From Desulfobacteraceae bacterium (GTDB taxonomy: Bacteria > Desulfobacterota > Desulfobacteria > Desulfobacterales > JACKCP01), in contig JACKCP010000011.1 in assembly GCA_020633955.1 (NCBI GenBank), positions 24,027 to 88,026 on the forward strand: 64,000 nt of DNA, read 5' to 3'. The stretch's first letter is position 1; the number at the start of each line of letters is the position of its first letter. The translations under genes and the position numbers were made by a program. Below are positions 20,731 to 30,718 of this stretch, one piece after another. The notes below the pieces were generated by a model. That model searched no databases, was not told where the DNA came from, and worked only from the letters and a program-made list of their open reading frames with translations.

Positions 20731-21528
20731 TTAAAAATTTAAAAAAACATCTTTATTGTAAAAAATATCAACTTCTACAGATAACCCTTTATCTTTAAAA
20801 ACAAGATCCAGTCTTTCCTTTAAAAGCTCACACACTATTTTTTCTGTTCCGTAGTGGCCTGCATCAATCAGACCTATGCCAAGCTCAGAAGCCTTTTGTG
20901 CATCATGGTATTTAACATCTCCTGTGACAAATATTTTTGCTCCGAGATTAAAGGCCTTTTCCATGAGAGATGTGCCGCTGCCGGTACAAACACCAATTAT
21001 ACTGGATAAAACATCTGAGTTTCCTGATATTCTTAAATTGTCTATCTCAAGTTTTTTTTTAATCTGAGCAGCAAAATCAATACAGCAAATCTCTTTTTCC
21101 AAATAAGAAATCCTCCCAAGTCCATGTTTATTATTATCTGGATAAGGCAGAATTGGTGTCTTGGATGAAAGTCCAATCTTTTTAAAAAAATAATCATTCA
21201 GGCCGTTACTTGCACTGTCAAGGTTTGTATGTGCGGAATAAACTGCAAGATCATTTGCAACTGCAGTTTTTATTAATCTCCCTGTGGTCGTGGAAAAATC
21301 AACAGACCTTATATTTGAAAAAAAAAGAGGATGATGGGTTATGAGAAGATTTGAACCTTTTGATACACAATTTTCAACCGCATCCAGATCAGGGTCAAGG
21401 GAAATTGTAATTTTTGTTATTTCCTTAAATGGATCTCCAATCTGTAAACCGCAATTATCCCAGGATTCAGCAAGATAAGGAGGTGCTATTTCTTCCATTA
21501 TTGAAATTATTTTATCAAGATTTGCCAT
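20731..21528 (-). CDS. Nif3-like dinuclear metal centre protein (YbgI/GTP cyclohydrolase 1 type 2 homologue)
   Basis: 265 aa. Shows WDNCGLQIGD, LLITHHPLFF, VYSAHTNLD and DAGHYGTE blocks. Confidence 0.88.
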   Translation of the reverse strand: MANLDKIISIMEEIAPPYLAESWDNCGLQIGDPFKEITKITISLDPDLDAVENCVSKGSNLLITHHPLFFSNIRSVDFSTTTGRLIKTAVANDLAVYSAHTNLDSASNGLNDYFFKKIGLSSKTPILPYPDNNKHGLGRISYLEKEICCIDFAAQIKKKLEIDNLRISGNSDVLSSIIGVCTGSGTSLMEKAFNLGAKIFVTGDVKYHDAQKASELGIGLIDAGHYGTEKIVCELLKERLDLVFKDKGLSVEVDIFYNKDVFLNF

Positions 21529-21540
21529 TATCCTACCCCC

Positions 21541-21575
21541 AAAATAAAAAAAGCGTGGCAGAAATCTGCCACGCT
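21541..21575 (-). terminator. rho-independent terminator after tRNA(CAT)
   Basis: On the minus strand the sequence is AGCGTGGCAG-attt-CTGCCACGCT, a 10-bp stem, followed by TTTTTTTATTTT. Confidence 0.65.
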
Positions 21576-21664
21576 TTATGATTCAGAGAATGTTTGATAT
21601 TTGTTTTATTTGTTCAGTATCTGAATTTATCAAACCTTTTAAAAACTCCCCTATTTTCAAATTT

Positions 21665-21740
21665 TGGTGGGCCCACCTGGGTTCGAACCAGGGACCTATC
21701 GGTTATGAGCCGATGGCTCTTCCAGCTGAGCTATGGGCCC
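21665..21740 (-). tRNA. tRNA with anticodon CAT (elongator Met or, more likely, lysidine-modified Ile2)
   Basis: 76-nt cloverleaf: GGGCCCA-TA-GCTC-AGCTGGAA-GAGC-C-ATCGG-CTCATAA-CCGAT-AGGTC-CCTGG-TTCGAAC-CCAGG-TGGGCCC-A-CCA. The CCA end is encoded. It is not an initiator (1:72 is paired and there is no GGG/CCC anticodon stem). Confidence 0.9.
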
Positions 21741-21791
21741 CAAATGAAAACTCTTGTTAAATAGCTTTTAGAGGCTTTAATGTCAAGAAAA

Positions 21792-23660
21792 TTATTCCCC
21801 AATTTCAATAAAACTTTTCAGCTTTTTACTCCTGGTAGGATGTCTTAATTTTCTCAATGCCTTAGCTTCTATCTGCCTTATTCTTTCTCTTGTAACGGAA
21901 AAGTCTTTTCCTACTTCCTCAAGAGTATGATCAGCCTTTTCTCCAATTCCAAATCTCATTCTGAGAACTTTTTCTTCCCTTGGAGTAAGAGTTGCAAGAA
22001 CTTTTCTTGTCTGATCCGACAAGTTCATATTGATTGCAGCATCTGAGGGAAGAACAAATTTCTTGTCTTCGATAAAATCTCCTAAATGACTGTCTTCCTC
22101 TTCTCCTATAGGAGTTTCAAGAGAAATAGGCTCTCTTGCAATTTTCAATACCTTTCTCACCTTGTCAACCGGGATTTCCATTTTTTCGGCTATTTCGTCA
22201 GGAGTAGGTTCTCTTCCAAGTTCCTGAACAAGATACCTTGAGGTTCTTATAAGCTTGTTTATGGTTTCTATCATATGAACTGGAATTCTTATGGTTCTGG
22301 CCTGGTCTGCAATAGCTCTTGTTATTGCCTGTCTTATCCACCAGGTTGCATAGGTGCTGAATTTGTATCCCCTTCTGTATTCAAACTTGTCAACAGCCTT
22401 CATAAGACCGATATTGCCTTCCTGGATAAGATCCAAAAACTGAAGACCTCTGTTTGTATATTTTTTTGCAATACTTACCACAAGCCTTAAGTTTGCTCTC
22501 ACAAGTTCGCTTTTTGCATTCCTTGCAACGCTTCGTCCAGAATCGACTTCAGCAAGAACTTTTTTCAGCTGTCTTGAACTTGCCTTAATTCTAAATTCTC
22601 TGAGATTAATTCCTTCCTGAAGTAAAACACAATCTTTATAAAGCATTACAAGCTCATCTTCCGAGAATCTGCTCCTGTTCTTGCCCCAGTTGAAAAACTC
22701 CTTTTCACCCTTTTCAATAATTTCCCTGAAGTCTGTAATATTTGCTCCAAAAACTCCGGCGCAGTCACTTAAAACCTGATTCATTGTTTCATACCAGGTA
22801 ATCTGATGTCTTATGCTGTTCTCAATTTTATCAAGTATTGAACTTTCAAGTCTCCAGTCTTTTACCAGCTCATATATTTTTTCATTTCTTCTTGATATAT
22901 TTCTGCGTATTTTCTTTTTTTCGTCCCTGTCAAGTCCTTCTTCAAAAAGAGATTCCTTGAGCTTTTCATTTTCATCATAAATAACCAGAACATCATCAAT
23001 AACAGATATAAATGAAGATATGTTTTCATTTTCTTCTCCTTCAACATCGCCCTCATCTATATCCCTTAATATATTTTTTGCTCTAAGCTCACCGCTTTTT
23101 ACTCTTTTTGCATATGACAAAAGCATGTCAATACCAATGGTTGTGGCAAGCATGGCTTTTAAAACTTCACATTCACCATTTTCAATTTTTTTGGCAATTT
23201 CAATTTCACCTTCACGGCTTAAAAGAGTAACAAGCCCCATTTCCTTTAGATACATTTTTACAGGGTCTGTAACGGCTCCAAAATCAGTATCAGTATCTTC
23301 GGGATCAAAATTTGCTCTGGCAATTTTAAGGGCATTTGCAGATTTTTTTGTCTGTTCGTCATCTGAATCATCTTCAGAACTGTCACATCCCTCAAAGGAA
23401 AGAGAGTCTATATCAGCCTCTCTTGCATTATCATCATCGTCATCGTCTTCATCTTTTTTTTCAACTATATCAATACCCAGATCGGAAAATGTCTGGAGCA
23501 CAGATTCCATCTGCTCAGGAGAGACAAGATCTTCAGGAAGAATTTCGTATATATCATCATAGGTTAAAAAACCCTTATCTCTCCCTTTGGATATAAGCTC
23601 TCTGAGCTCCTGCTTCTTATCTTTTTTAGATAACTTTGATTCATTATTTTTCTGGGTCAT
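21792..23660 (-). CDS. rpoD: RNA polymerase primary sigma factor
   Basis: 622 aa with AGGAGGA RBS. It has an acidic region 1.1. Regions 2-4 show [41 protein letters not shown] and the C-terminal [30 protein letters not shown]. Confidence 0.96.
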   Translation of the reverse strand: MTQKNNESKLSKKDKKQELRELISKGRDKGFLTYDDIYEILPEDLVSPEQMESVLQTFSDLGIDIVEKKDEDDDDDDNAREADIDSLSFEGCDSSEDDSDDEQTKKSANALKIARANFDPEDTDTDFGAVTDPVKMYLKEMGLVTLLSREGEIEIAKKIENGECEVLKAMLATTIGIDMLLSYAKRVKSGELRAKNILRDIDEGDVEGEENENISSFISVIDDVLVIYDENEKLKESLFEEGLDRDEKKKIRRNISRRNEKIYELVKDWRLESSILDKIENSIRHQITWYETMNQVLSDCAGVFGANITDFREIIEKGEKEFFNWGKNRSRFSEDELVMLYKDCVLLQEGINLREFRIKASSRQLKKVLAEVDSGRSVARNAKSELVRANLRLVVSIAKKYTNRGLQFLDLIQEGNIGLMKAVDKFEYRRGYKFSTYATWWIRQAITRAIADQARTIRIPVHMIETINKLIRTSRYLVQELGREPTPDEIAEKMEIPVDKVRKVLKIAREPISLETPIGEEEDSHLGDFIEDKKFVLPSDAAINMNLSDQTRKVLATLTPREEKVLRMRFGIGEKADHTLEEVGKDFSVTRERIRQIEAKALRKLRHPTRSKKLKSFIEIGE

Positions 23661-23760
23661 TTATGTCCTCCTGCTCACCGTTTACCATAAGCCCGGTTTA
23701 AATTGAAAAAAACTCTTTTTTTAAATCAAAAGCTATAGATTTGTCAACAAAATCCAATTT

Positions 23761-25428
23761 TTAATATGAAAGAACATGCAAACCAGCTTTTTTTTTCCTG
23801 TACGCATTTTCAAACTGCATCACCAATATTTTTGCTGACTTCAAATTCCAACTCCCCTGCTCAATCCTTATTTTTGCAAACATGGGCTCAATGCCTGAAT
23901 CAACAGTCAAAACTGAATCACTATTATTATCAGATTCAAGTATTTTAACTACGGATTTTCTTACAGATTCATTTTCAATCTTATCGGCAATTTTTTTATC
24001 AATAAAAATTTTTTTTAACTCAGGAACATCACTTAAAGCAGCCAGAAGGGAAATTTCAATTTTAAAATATTCAGAATTAATTTTTAAATTAGCAGATAAA
24101 GAATTTTTATTATCAATTGAACTTCCGTTTTGACCAAATCTTTCCTGAAGTGCCCTTTCTTCAATATTTAAAATCTGTGAAATTCTTTTTACATAAAGAT
24201 TTTTTGTAACCGCATCATTTATATTATTCATTAAGCTTTCAAGAGCTGTTACAACCTTCACCTTACCCTCAATTGTATTGCCGTACAGTTTTAAATAATA
24301 TTTTGTTATAAAATCAACGGCTTCCTGAGCATTTAAGGATTCCTCCCTGAATTTATCCGCCCCAAACGAATTTATAAAGTCATCCGGATCCATTCTGTCT
24401 GGCAGAATAAAAACAGAAACATCAGCCCCCTCATTTGCAAAAATTTCAATGCTTCTTGCAGCAGCCTTTATACCTGCTTCATCACCGTCATAAACAAGTA
24501 CCATTTTCTCAGCATAACCTTTCAGGGTTTTTACATGCATTGAGGTAAGTGAGGTTCCAAGGGTGGCCGCACAATTTTTTATCCCCGATTTATAAAGAGC
24601 CAAAACATCAAGATACCCTTCAACAATATAAATCAGATTTTCCTTTCTGCAATGCTCCCTGGCCTGATAAAGTCCGTATAAGGAACTGCTTTTATTATAA
24701 ACTGGAGTTTCAGGTGAATTAAGATATTTTGGTATTCCGTCTCCAATTATCCTGCCTCCAAACCCGATAATATTCCCTCGAATGTCAAAAATTGGGAAAA
24801 CCAGTCTTTCCCTGAATCTGTCATAAAAGCTAGTGCCCGATTTTTTTTTTATGACCAGTCCTGCTTTTTCCTGAATTTCAGAAGAAACCCCTTCCTTACA
24901 GAGAAAGGCATAAAGATTGTCCCATCCCTCCGGAGCCATGCCTAACATAAAAGTGTCAACAATATCTTTTGGAATTTTTCTCTTTTTTAGATACTCACTC
25001 CCTTTATTTCCGACAGGAGAATTATTTAAAAGATAATTATAATATTTTGCAGCCTTTTTATTTAAACTTAGTATACTTTCCTTAAGACTTTTAGTTTTTG
25101 AATTTGCCGCACTGGAATAATTTTCAGGAATTTTAATATTGTACTGTTCAGCTATTGATCTTGCAGCTTCAGGAAAGGTAAGGTTTTCATATTTCATAAG
25201 AAATGAAAAAATATTTCCACCTTCTCCGCACCCAAAGCAGTAAAACATATTTTTTTCAGGAGATACAGAAAATGAGGGTGTCTTTTCCGAGTGAAAAGGA
25301 CAGAGCCCAACAAAATTTCTGCCAGCCTTTTTAAGGTTTATATACTGGGAAATAAAATCAACAATATTTACTGAATTTAAAATTTCGGAAATGACAGTTT
25401 CAGGAACAAGCAAAACTAAAAACCCCAC
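23761..25428 (-). CDS. dnaG: DNA primase
   Basis: 555 aa. Shows the zinc ribbon CPFHSEKTPSFSVSPEKNMFYCFGCGEGGN, a TOPRIM domain (IVEGYLDV, VYDGDEAG) and a C-terminal helper domain. The exact start (GTG 25428 or TTG 25413) is uncertain. Confidence 0.92.
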   Translation of the reverse strand: MGFLVLLVPETVISEILNSVNIVDFISQYINLKKAGRNFVGLCPFHSEKTPSFSVSPEKNMFYCFGCGEGGNIFSFLMKYENLTFPEAARSIAEQYNIKIPENYSSAANSKTKSLKESILSLNKKAAKYYNYLLNNSPVGNKGSEYLKKRKIPKDIVDTFMLGMAPEGWDNLYAFLCKEGVSSEIQEKAGLVIKKKSGTSFYDRFRERLVFPIFDIRGNIIGFGGRIIGDGIPKYLNSPETPVYNKSSSLYGLYQAREHCRKENLIYIVEGYLDVLALYKSGIKNCAATLGTSLTSMHVKTLKGYAEKMVLVYDGDEAGIKAAARSIEIFANEGADVSVFILPDRMDPDDFINSFGADKFREESLNAQEAVDFITKYYLKLYGNTIEGKVKVVTALESLMNNINDAVTKNLYVKRISQILNIEERALQERFGQNGSSIDNKNSLSANLKINSEYFKIEISLLAALSDVPELKKIFIDKKIADKIENESVRKSVVKILESDNNSDSVLTVDSGIEPMFAKIRIEQGSWNLKSAKILVMQFENAYRKKKAGLHVLSY

Positions 25429-25987
25429 TTCTTCGGGCGGTTTAAAGATTAAAAGCAGTGTAAAAAACTGCTTTACCTAAAATATAATTGAGAAACGAAA
25501 ACTATTTTTTTGCAAATGCAGACTGTTATTCAACCCTCAAACAAAAACAAATTACCAGGATCAAATTACTGATGGTGTTAAAAAATGACAAATTATTTTC
25601 CACCATCTAAAAATTTTATAAACCTTTTTATATAATTATATTTTACCATAAAAGTCAATTTTAAAAGCTTCCAAACATAAATCAAATAAGTTATCAGCAC
25701 TTATCACAATTAATGGAATTAACTAAACCGTTTTTTCCCTTTCGCAAGTCAGCCTGTAAACTTTCGTCTCACTATTTAATATTTTTTAACCAGAACTGAA
25801 ATCCAATCTCCTTTAAAGCAGATAATTAAATTATCAAAATACTTTTTTACCAAAGTCCTAAACATTCCATAACAATAAGCAGGTATCTTTCATCCTTCAG
25901 GCACAAGTTATTTTTTTAATAAAATTTGTAAAGAATTAACAAGCCAAAACAAACTTAACAGCCTTTAAAAAGGAGTGGAGGAGAAAA

Positions 25988-27775
25988 ATGAAAAAAAAGT
26001 GGAAAAATTTTTCCAGGATAGTGAACATGCTTGTTGCAGCAGGGCTTTTGCTCATTGTAACCGGATGTAACAGCTCTGACAGCGATGACGACAAAGAACC
26101 TGCAGCTGAAGCCAAAAAGAAAAATATTATCCTGATGATAGCTGACGGTTCTCAGCTTGAGCATGAAAAAGCCTACAGCCGCTTTGTAAATGGTGACGAC
26201 ATGGCCCTAACAAGCGCTGATTTTCCATATCAGGGATGGAACACATCATGGGATGTCACCACATACGATATGTGGGCCTGGAATGCGGCACGTCAGGGAA
26301 TTGATATTGACAATGAAAACTATAATAATGAACAGTGGATCATGGACCCTGGATCTCCAACAAAAGACACATATACCCAGCCTGCACCAAAATTTACAGA
26401 AACAGCCATGAATCCAGTTTTTGGCTACAACTCGAGCGTTGGGGGAGTAAAGCCTTTTCCAGTTGATGAAACAAGTGATATGGCCTCAGAGCGCTACCTT
26501 GCCATGCCACCAAAAGACATATACAACGGAAGTGAAAACGCTAAAATTGAAAGAGCCAAAGGCCGTGACTACGGAAAAAGTTTTGATGAAGGTTCTTCAC
26601 TCTATCCTGCAACAGACTCTGCTTCTTCAGCAACAGCCATGGCAACAGGAAGAAAAACTGATGCAGGCAATATAAGCTGGCTTCCTTCTGACCCTGAAAA
26701 CGGACAGATTAAAACAATTGCAGAACTTGCACGTGAACAAAAAGGCGCAGCAATAGGAATAGTATCTTCTGTTGAATTTTCCCATGCAACACCTGCATGC
26801 TTTGCAAGCCACAATGTCAACAGAAGCAACTACAGTGCAATTGCAACAGAAATACTTACATCTGTAAAACCTGATGTTGTAATAGGTTCAGGGCACCCGG
26901 ACTGTGGTACAACAAAATACACTGGTTCCCAGGAAATTTATGATTCCATGAAAAACGGAACTAACCCTGATTATGTATTTGCAGAACATGCTAACGGAGT
27001 TGACGGCAATGATTCAATACTTGCAGCAGCCAGTACTGTTGTTGCAAACATTGAAGCTGGTTCAGGAAAAACCAAGCTTTTTGGACTCTATGGAGCGAAA
27101 ACAACCCAGAAGACTGCATACAAAAACGGATACGGTGAGCCTGCAGGAACAGAGTACGACGATGTTCATTTCCATCCCCCACAGCCAAAAACAGACGGCA
27201 GCGGAGAATTTGAACGTATTGAAACAAAAAATCCAACACTTGCCGCAGCAACAGAGGCTGCTTTAAAAGTTTTATCAAAAGACAAAGACGGTTTCTTTTT
27301 AATGGTTGAAGGCGGAGATATTGACTGGGCAAACCATGCAAATGATTATGAATGGATGCTTGGCGCCTGGTACAACTTTGACATGGCATGCAAAAAAGCT
27401 GTTGAATTCATAGACCAGCCAGACGATGACATTACCTGGGAAAACACAATGGTTATCATTGCAACAGACCATGGCAACAACTACATGCGCCTTAAAAAAT
27501 ATTACGGTAAAGGACAAATCCCTCCAGGTGAAGAGCGCCAGCTCTGCCAGTCTGCAAAGCCTGAAACTGTTGGTATTAAATTCAGTTCAAATGATCATAC
27601 AAACGAACTTGTTACTCTTTATGCAAAAGGCGGAAACACAGACCTTCTAAAAAAATACGAAGGAAGCTGGCATGAAGGCACAAGAATTCTTGACAACACT
27701 CATATATTCTTTGCAATGGCTGAATGGCTTGGAGTTGAACCGGGATACTCTCCCATGACGCCTGTTTCCAAATAA
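25988..27775 (+). CDS. alkaline phosphatase family lipoprotein
   Basis: 595 aa with GGAGTGGAGGAG RBS. The lipobox is LLLIVTG/CNSS. Shows IILMIADGS, the catalytic-Ser block ATDSASSATAMATGRKT, and the metal-ligand blocks VEGGDIDWANH and ATDHGN. Confidence 0.85.
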   Translation: MKKKWKNFSRIVNMLVAAGLLLIVTGCNSSDSDDDKEPAAEAKKKNIILMIADGSQLEHEKAYSRFVNGDDMALTSADFPYQGWNTSWDVTTYDMWAWNAARQGIDIDNENYNNEQWIMDPGSPTKDTYTQPAPKFTETAMNPVFGYNSSVGGVKPFPVDETSDMASERYLAMPPKDIYNGSENAKIERAKGRDYGKSFDEGSSLYPATDSASSATAMATGRKTDAGNISWLPSDPENGQIKTIAELAREQKGAAIGIVSSVEFSHATPACFASHNVNRSNYSAIATEILTSVKPDVVIGSGHPDCGTTKYTGSQEIYDSMKNGTNPDYVFAEHANGVDGNDSILAAASTVVANIEAGSGKTKLFGLYGAKTTQKTAYKNGYGEPAGTEYDDVHFHPPQPKTDGSGEFERIETKNPTLAAATEAALKVLSKDKDGFFLMVEGGDIDWANHANDYEWMLGAWYNFDMACKKAVEFIDQPDDDITWENTMVIIATDHGNNYMRLKKYYGKGQIPPGEERQLCQSAKPETVGIKFSSNDHTNELVTLYAKGGNTDLLKKYEGSWHEGTRILDNTHIFFAMAEWLGVEPGYSPMTPVSK

Positions 27776-27808
27776 TTTGGAAATTATTTGACTTCTGGCT
27801 GAATCAAT

Positions 27809-27847
27809 GTCCGGTTTTTTATTAAACCGGACTGTTTTTTTATTTTC
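27809..27847 (+). terminator. rho-independent terminator after the alkaline phosphatase gene
   Basis: gtccggttt-tttatt-aaaccggac forms a 9-bp perfect stem followed by tgttttttttatttt. Confidence 0.7.
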
Positions 27848-27891
27848 TCCGGGATCAAGAGTTTTATATTTTTTAAAAAGAACCAAAAATT

Positions 27892-29766
27892 ATGAAAATC
27901 AATAGACATGTACCCCATTTTTTTTTAACCGGAAGTTTGACAGCCCTATTTTTTTCATCCATTTTTTTTGCGGCTGGTCTTTTAAGTCAGGCAAATTCAC
28001 TTAACAGTCCAATAATATTAAAAACAAATTCCTACAGCAGTTTCATAATTTTTTTTTCAGCATTTCTAAACTTCACCCTGTTCGTCTACCTTATAACAAA
28101 CTGGTTTTTTTACAGAAAAAACAGCAAAATCAATTCTTTTCTTATAAAATCAATTTCCTGGTTTATTTTACTGCTTACTTTATCCGGGGCAGTTATTTCA
28201 TTTATTTTTATAAAAAACCTTCCTTTTGCTTATGAACCAACAGGCTTAACCTTATTGAAATTTTGCGGATTTGGAATTTTTATTAATATATTTCCAATTC
28301 TTGTCATACAAAGGCATGCAGACTTATCTGATAGAGAAGAATTACCTTCAAAAAGATCCATTGCAGTTTTTACAAAAGCTGTTGCATCAATACTTGTATT
28401 AATTGCACTGACAGCTCTTGGTTCAGGATTTAAACTTGAAATATCCAGTGTCTTAAATCTTGGATTTACATGGCTGCTTGTAATAATTGTATATTTCATG
28501 TTTTTTGTTTTTATTGAAATTTCAATAAGAGCCTTTGTCAGTATTATCCTTATAAAAGCCCCAAAAGATAAAATCAGCTTTTTTTCCTATAATTTTTCTG
28601 CATTCACAGTTTTTGCAAAAAAAAACCCGTTTTCAGAGATAAATAAAAGTTTAAAAAAATATTTTGGCGTAGATATATCAAAAATATGGGCAATACATTT
28701 TTTTAAAATTGCAGGATTTCAGCTTTGTGCATTTCTGGCTTTAATTTCATGGCTTGTTACGGGTATGACTTCTCTGTCAATCAATGAAAGGGGAGTTTAT
28801 GAAAAGTTTGGCCATGTTGAAAAAGTTTTCAAGCCAGGACTTCACTTTCATCTGCCCTGGCCCTTTGGAAAAGTAAACAGGATTGATTTTGGAGTTGAAA
28901 AAAGACTTTTCCTTGCAGGAAAAAACATGGAAAAACAGGCCATGCCAGAGGCAAGAAAAAAACTTGATGTAGAAGCTGCAACCACAAAATGGGAAGACCG
29001 GCTGTGGGAGACATCCCATGGACGTGAAATCTATTTTTTAACAGCAAGCAACAAAATCATTACAAAACAGGGTAAAAAAGACAAACGCGGTGTAAGACCC
29101 TATGAAATGACAAATGCTGATATAGTCATTCACTACAGAACAGGTCTTGAAGATAAAGATGCAATAGCCGCATCTTATAATATCAATTCTCCTGAAGAGC
29201 TTGTATTAAGGCAGGCCGGAAGATGGGTTCAGTCTGTATTTGCCTCATCAACTCCAGAAGATCTTATTGGAACGGACAGAAAAATCCTTGGCAAAAAAAT
29301 GCTTGGAAGTCTTCAAAAAGAGATGGATATTCTAAATACAGGAATAGAAATAACCGGAGTTTATTTTGAGGCAATCCATCCACCCATAGAAGCTGCAACA
29401 TCATTTTACAACGTACAGGCAGCCCTGCATGATCTAAAAGCACAGATATCTTTTGCAGTCTCAAATTCAAAAAGAGTTGAAACAAGTGCACAGATAAAAT
29501 CTGCATCAATAATTGACTCAGCAATGGCTGATGCTGAAGAAATAATTTCAAAAGCAACCATAGAGACAAGATTTTTTACTGCGGACAATCATGCATTCAG
29601 TATTAATCCAGATGCATATAAAATTGAAAACTACCTGAATGTACTTGATGATATTTCCAGTCTGAAGAAACTATACATTGTTGATGAAAATATCCCATGG
29701 AAGTCCGGATTTCATATAGATTTCAGAAAACTTACAAACGAACCTGTTAAAATAATGTCGGATTAA
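27892..29766 (+). CDS. polytopic membrane domain (~7 TM, ~290 aa) fused to an SPFH/band-7 (HflK-like) domain
   Basis: 624 aa. About seven hydrophobic helices come first. The SPFH entry motif follows: SINERGVYEKFGHVEKVFKPGLHFHLPWPFGKVNRIDF. The C-terminal region is helical. No obvious SD sequence. Confidence 0.75.
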   Translation: MKINRHVPHFFLTGSLTALFFSSIFFAAGLLSQANSLNSPIILKTNSYSSFIIFFSAFLNFTLFVYLITNWFFYRKNSKINSFLIKSISWFILLLTLSGAVISFIFIKNLPFAYEPTGLTLLKFCGFGIFINIFPILVIQRHADLSDREELPSKRSIAVFTKAVASILVLIALTALGSGFKLEISSVLNLGFTWLLVIIVYFMFFVFIEISIRAFVSIILIKAPKDKISFFSYNFSAFTVFAKKNPFSEINKSLKKYFGVDISKIWAIHFFKIAGFQLCAFLALISWLVTGMTSLSINERGVYEKFGHVEKVFKPGLHFHLPWPFGKVNRIDFGVEKRLFLAGKNMEKQAMPEARKKLDVEAATTKWEDRLWETSHGREIYFLTASNKIITKQGKKDKRGVRPYEMTNADIVIHYRTGLEDKDAIAASYNINSPEELVLRQAGRWVQSVFASSTPEDLIGTDRKILGKKMLGSLQKEMDILNTGIEITGVYFEAIHPPIEAATSFYNVQAALHDLKAQISFAVSNSKRVETSAQIKSASIIDSAMADAEEIISKATIETRFFTADNHAFSINPDAYKIENYLNVLDDISSLKKLYIVDENIPWKSGFHIDFRKLTNEPVKIMSD

Positions 29767-29770
29767 ATTA

Positions 29771-30718
29771 ATGAAAACAATAAAATTCAGTTTTAAAAAC
29801 CCAATATCAAGAATCGTATCTGCTGTTTTTTTTCTCTTTATTACAGGAGTGTTTGCAGTCTCTTTTACAGTGAGGGAAAAACAGGCAATAGTCCTTACAA
29901 GATTTGGAAAACCAGTAAGAACCATTGTTGATCCAGGACTTTATTTCAGGCTTCCCCCGCCGGTAGAAAAAGAAGTAAAGGTGGATTTAAGACTTAGAAC
30001 AACAGCAAGCGGTCTATACTCAACCCAGCTCAAGGACGGCTCAATAATTGTAATAGAAGCATTTGTTGTCTGGAAGGTCCCAGCAAATATCGAATCTGTA
30101 AAGACATTTGTAAGTGCACTTGGAAACAATACAGCTGAAGCAGCAGTACAGCTTAGAAGTATTCTTGGATCATCTCTTCAAACAGTTGCTGGAAGCTATA
30201 CAATGCAAAATCTTATAAATACAGAAAAAAAGGAACTCAAACTTGATGATTTTGAAAAAGAACTTGCAAATATCATAACATCAAAAACTGAAAGTGTTTA
30301 TGGTGTTGAAATTAAAACGGCTGGAATTGAAAGACTGATGGTTCCTGAACCAATTGTGGCAAGTACTATCCAGGCAATGATAGAGGACAGACGTGTTCTT
30401 GCACAGAAAACAAGAAGTGAAGGCGTAGAACGTGCAGGCCAGATAATGAGTAATGCCCATAGTGAATCAAGAAGAATAATAGCAAAGGCAAAAACCAGTG
30501 CCTCTGAAATTGAGGCTGAAGCAAGAAAAAAAGCTGCTGAAATATATGCATCAGCCTATGAAAAAGACCCCGAACTATACAAGTTCACAAGGGGTGTTGA
30601 TACATTAAAAAAACTAATGAACCAACAGACCACTCTAATACTTAAAACAGACTCTTATCCATTAAATTACATTGGAGAGTTTTCACAAACAGATAAAAAA
30701 GAAAAAAAAGATGAGTGA
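29771..30718 (+). CDS. SPFH/band-7 protein (HflC-like)
   Basis: 315 aa. One N-terminal TM is followed by VREKQAIVLTRFGKPVRTIVDPGLYFRLPPPVEKEVKVDLR. The tail is an Ala/Glu/Arg-rich coiled coil (AQKTRSEGVERAGQI...EAEARKKAAEIYA). It starts 4 nt after the previous stop. Confidence 0.8.
   Translation: MKTIKFSFKNPISRIVSAVFFLFITGVFAVSFTVREKQAIVLTRFGKPVRTIVDPGLYFRLPPPVEKEVKVDLRLRTTASGLYSTQLKDGSIIVIEAFVVWKVPANIESVKTFVSALGNNTAEAAVQLRSILGSSLQTVAGSYTMQNLINTEKKELKLDDFEKELANIITSKTESVYGVEIKTAGIERLMVPEPIVASTIQAMIEDRRVLAQKTRSEGVERAGQIMSNAHSESRRIIAKAKTSASEIEAEARKKAAEIYASAYEKDPELYKFTRGVDTLKKLMNQQTTLILKTDSYPLNYIGEFSQTDKKEKKDE

Noticed and set aside
23020-23562. 180-aa Ser-rich ORF antisense to rpoD. Similar long antisense ORFs lie at 8488-8880 (secA), 9761-10093 (M23), 32918-33427 (ATPase) and 47509-47901 (clpB).
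   Set aside because: They have low-complexity composition mirroring the Glu/Asp/Lys-rich sense frame. They lack an RBS and are fully nested in well-supported genes. These are typical shadow ORFs.
25754-25771. Pho-box-like CTGTAAA-CTTT-CGTCTCA upstream of the alkaline phosphatase gene
   Set aside because: Only the first heptamer resembles CTGTCAT. The site is about 215 nt from the start codon. The PhoB motif for this lineage is unknown to me.
30691-30718. A6-G-A8 run at the SPFH2/SPFH3 junction. The SPFH3 frame is open 39 nt upstream of its ATG, so programmed +1 slippage could fuse the two proteins.
   Set aside because: An ordinary ATGA-type overlap explains the junction. The upstream open stretch is short and Lys-rich purely because of the A-run. 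No stimulatory structure is seen.
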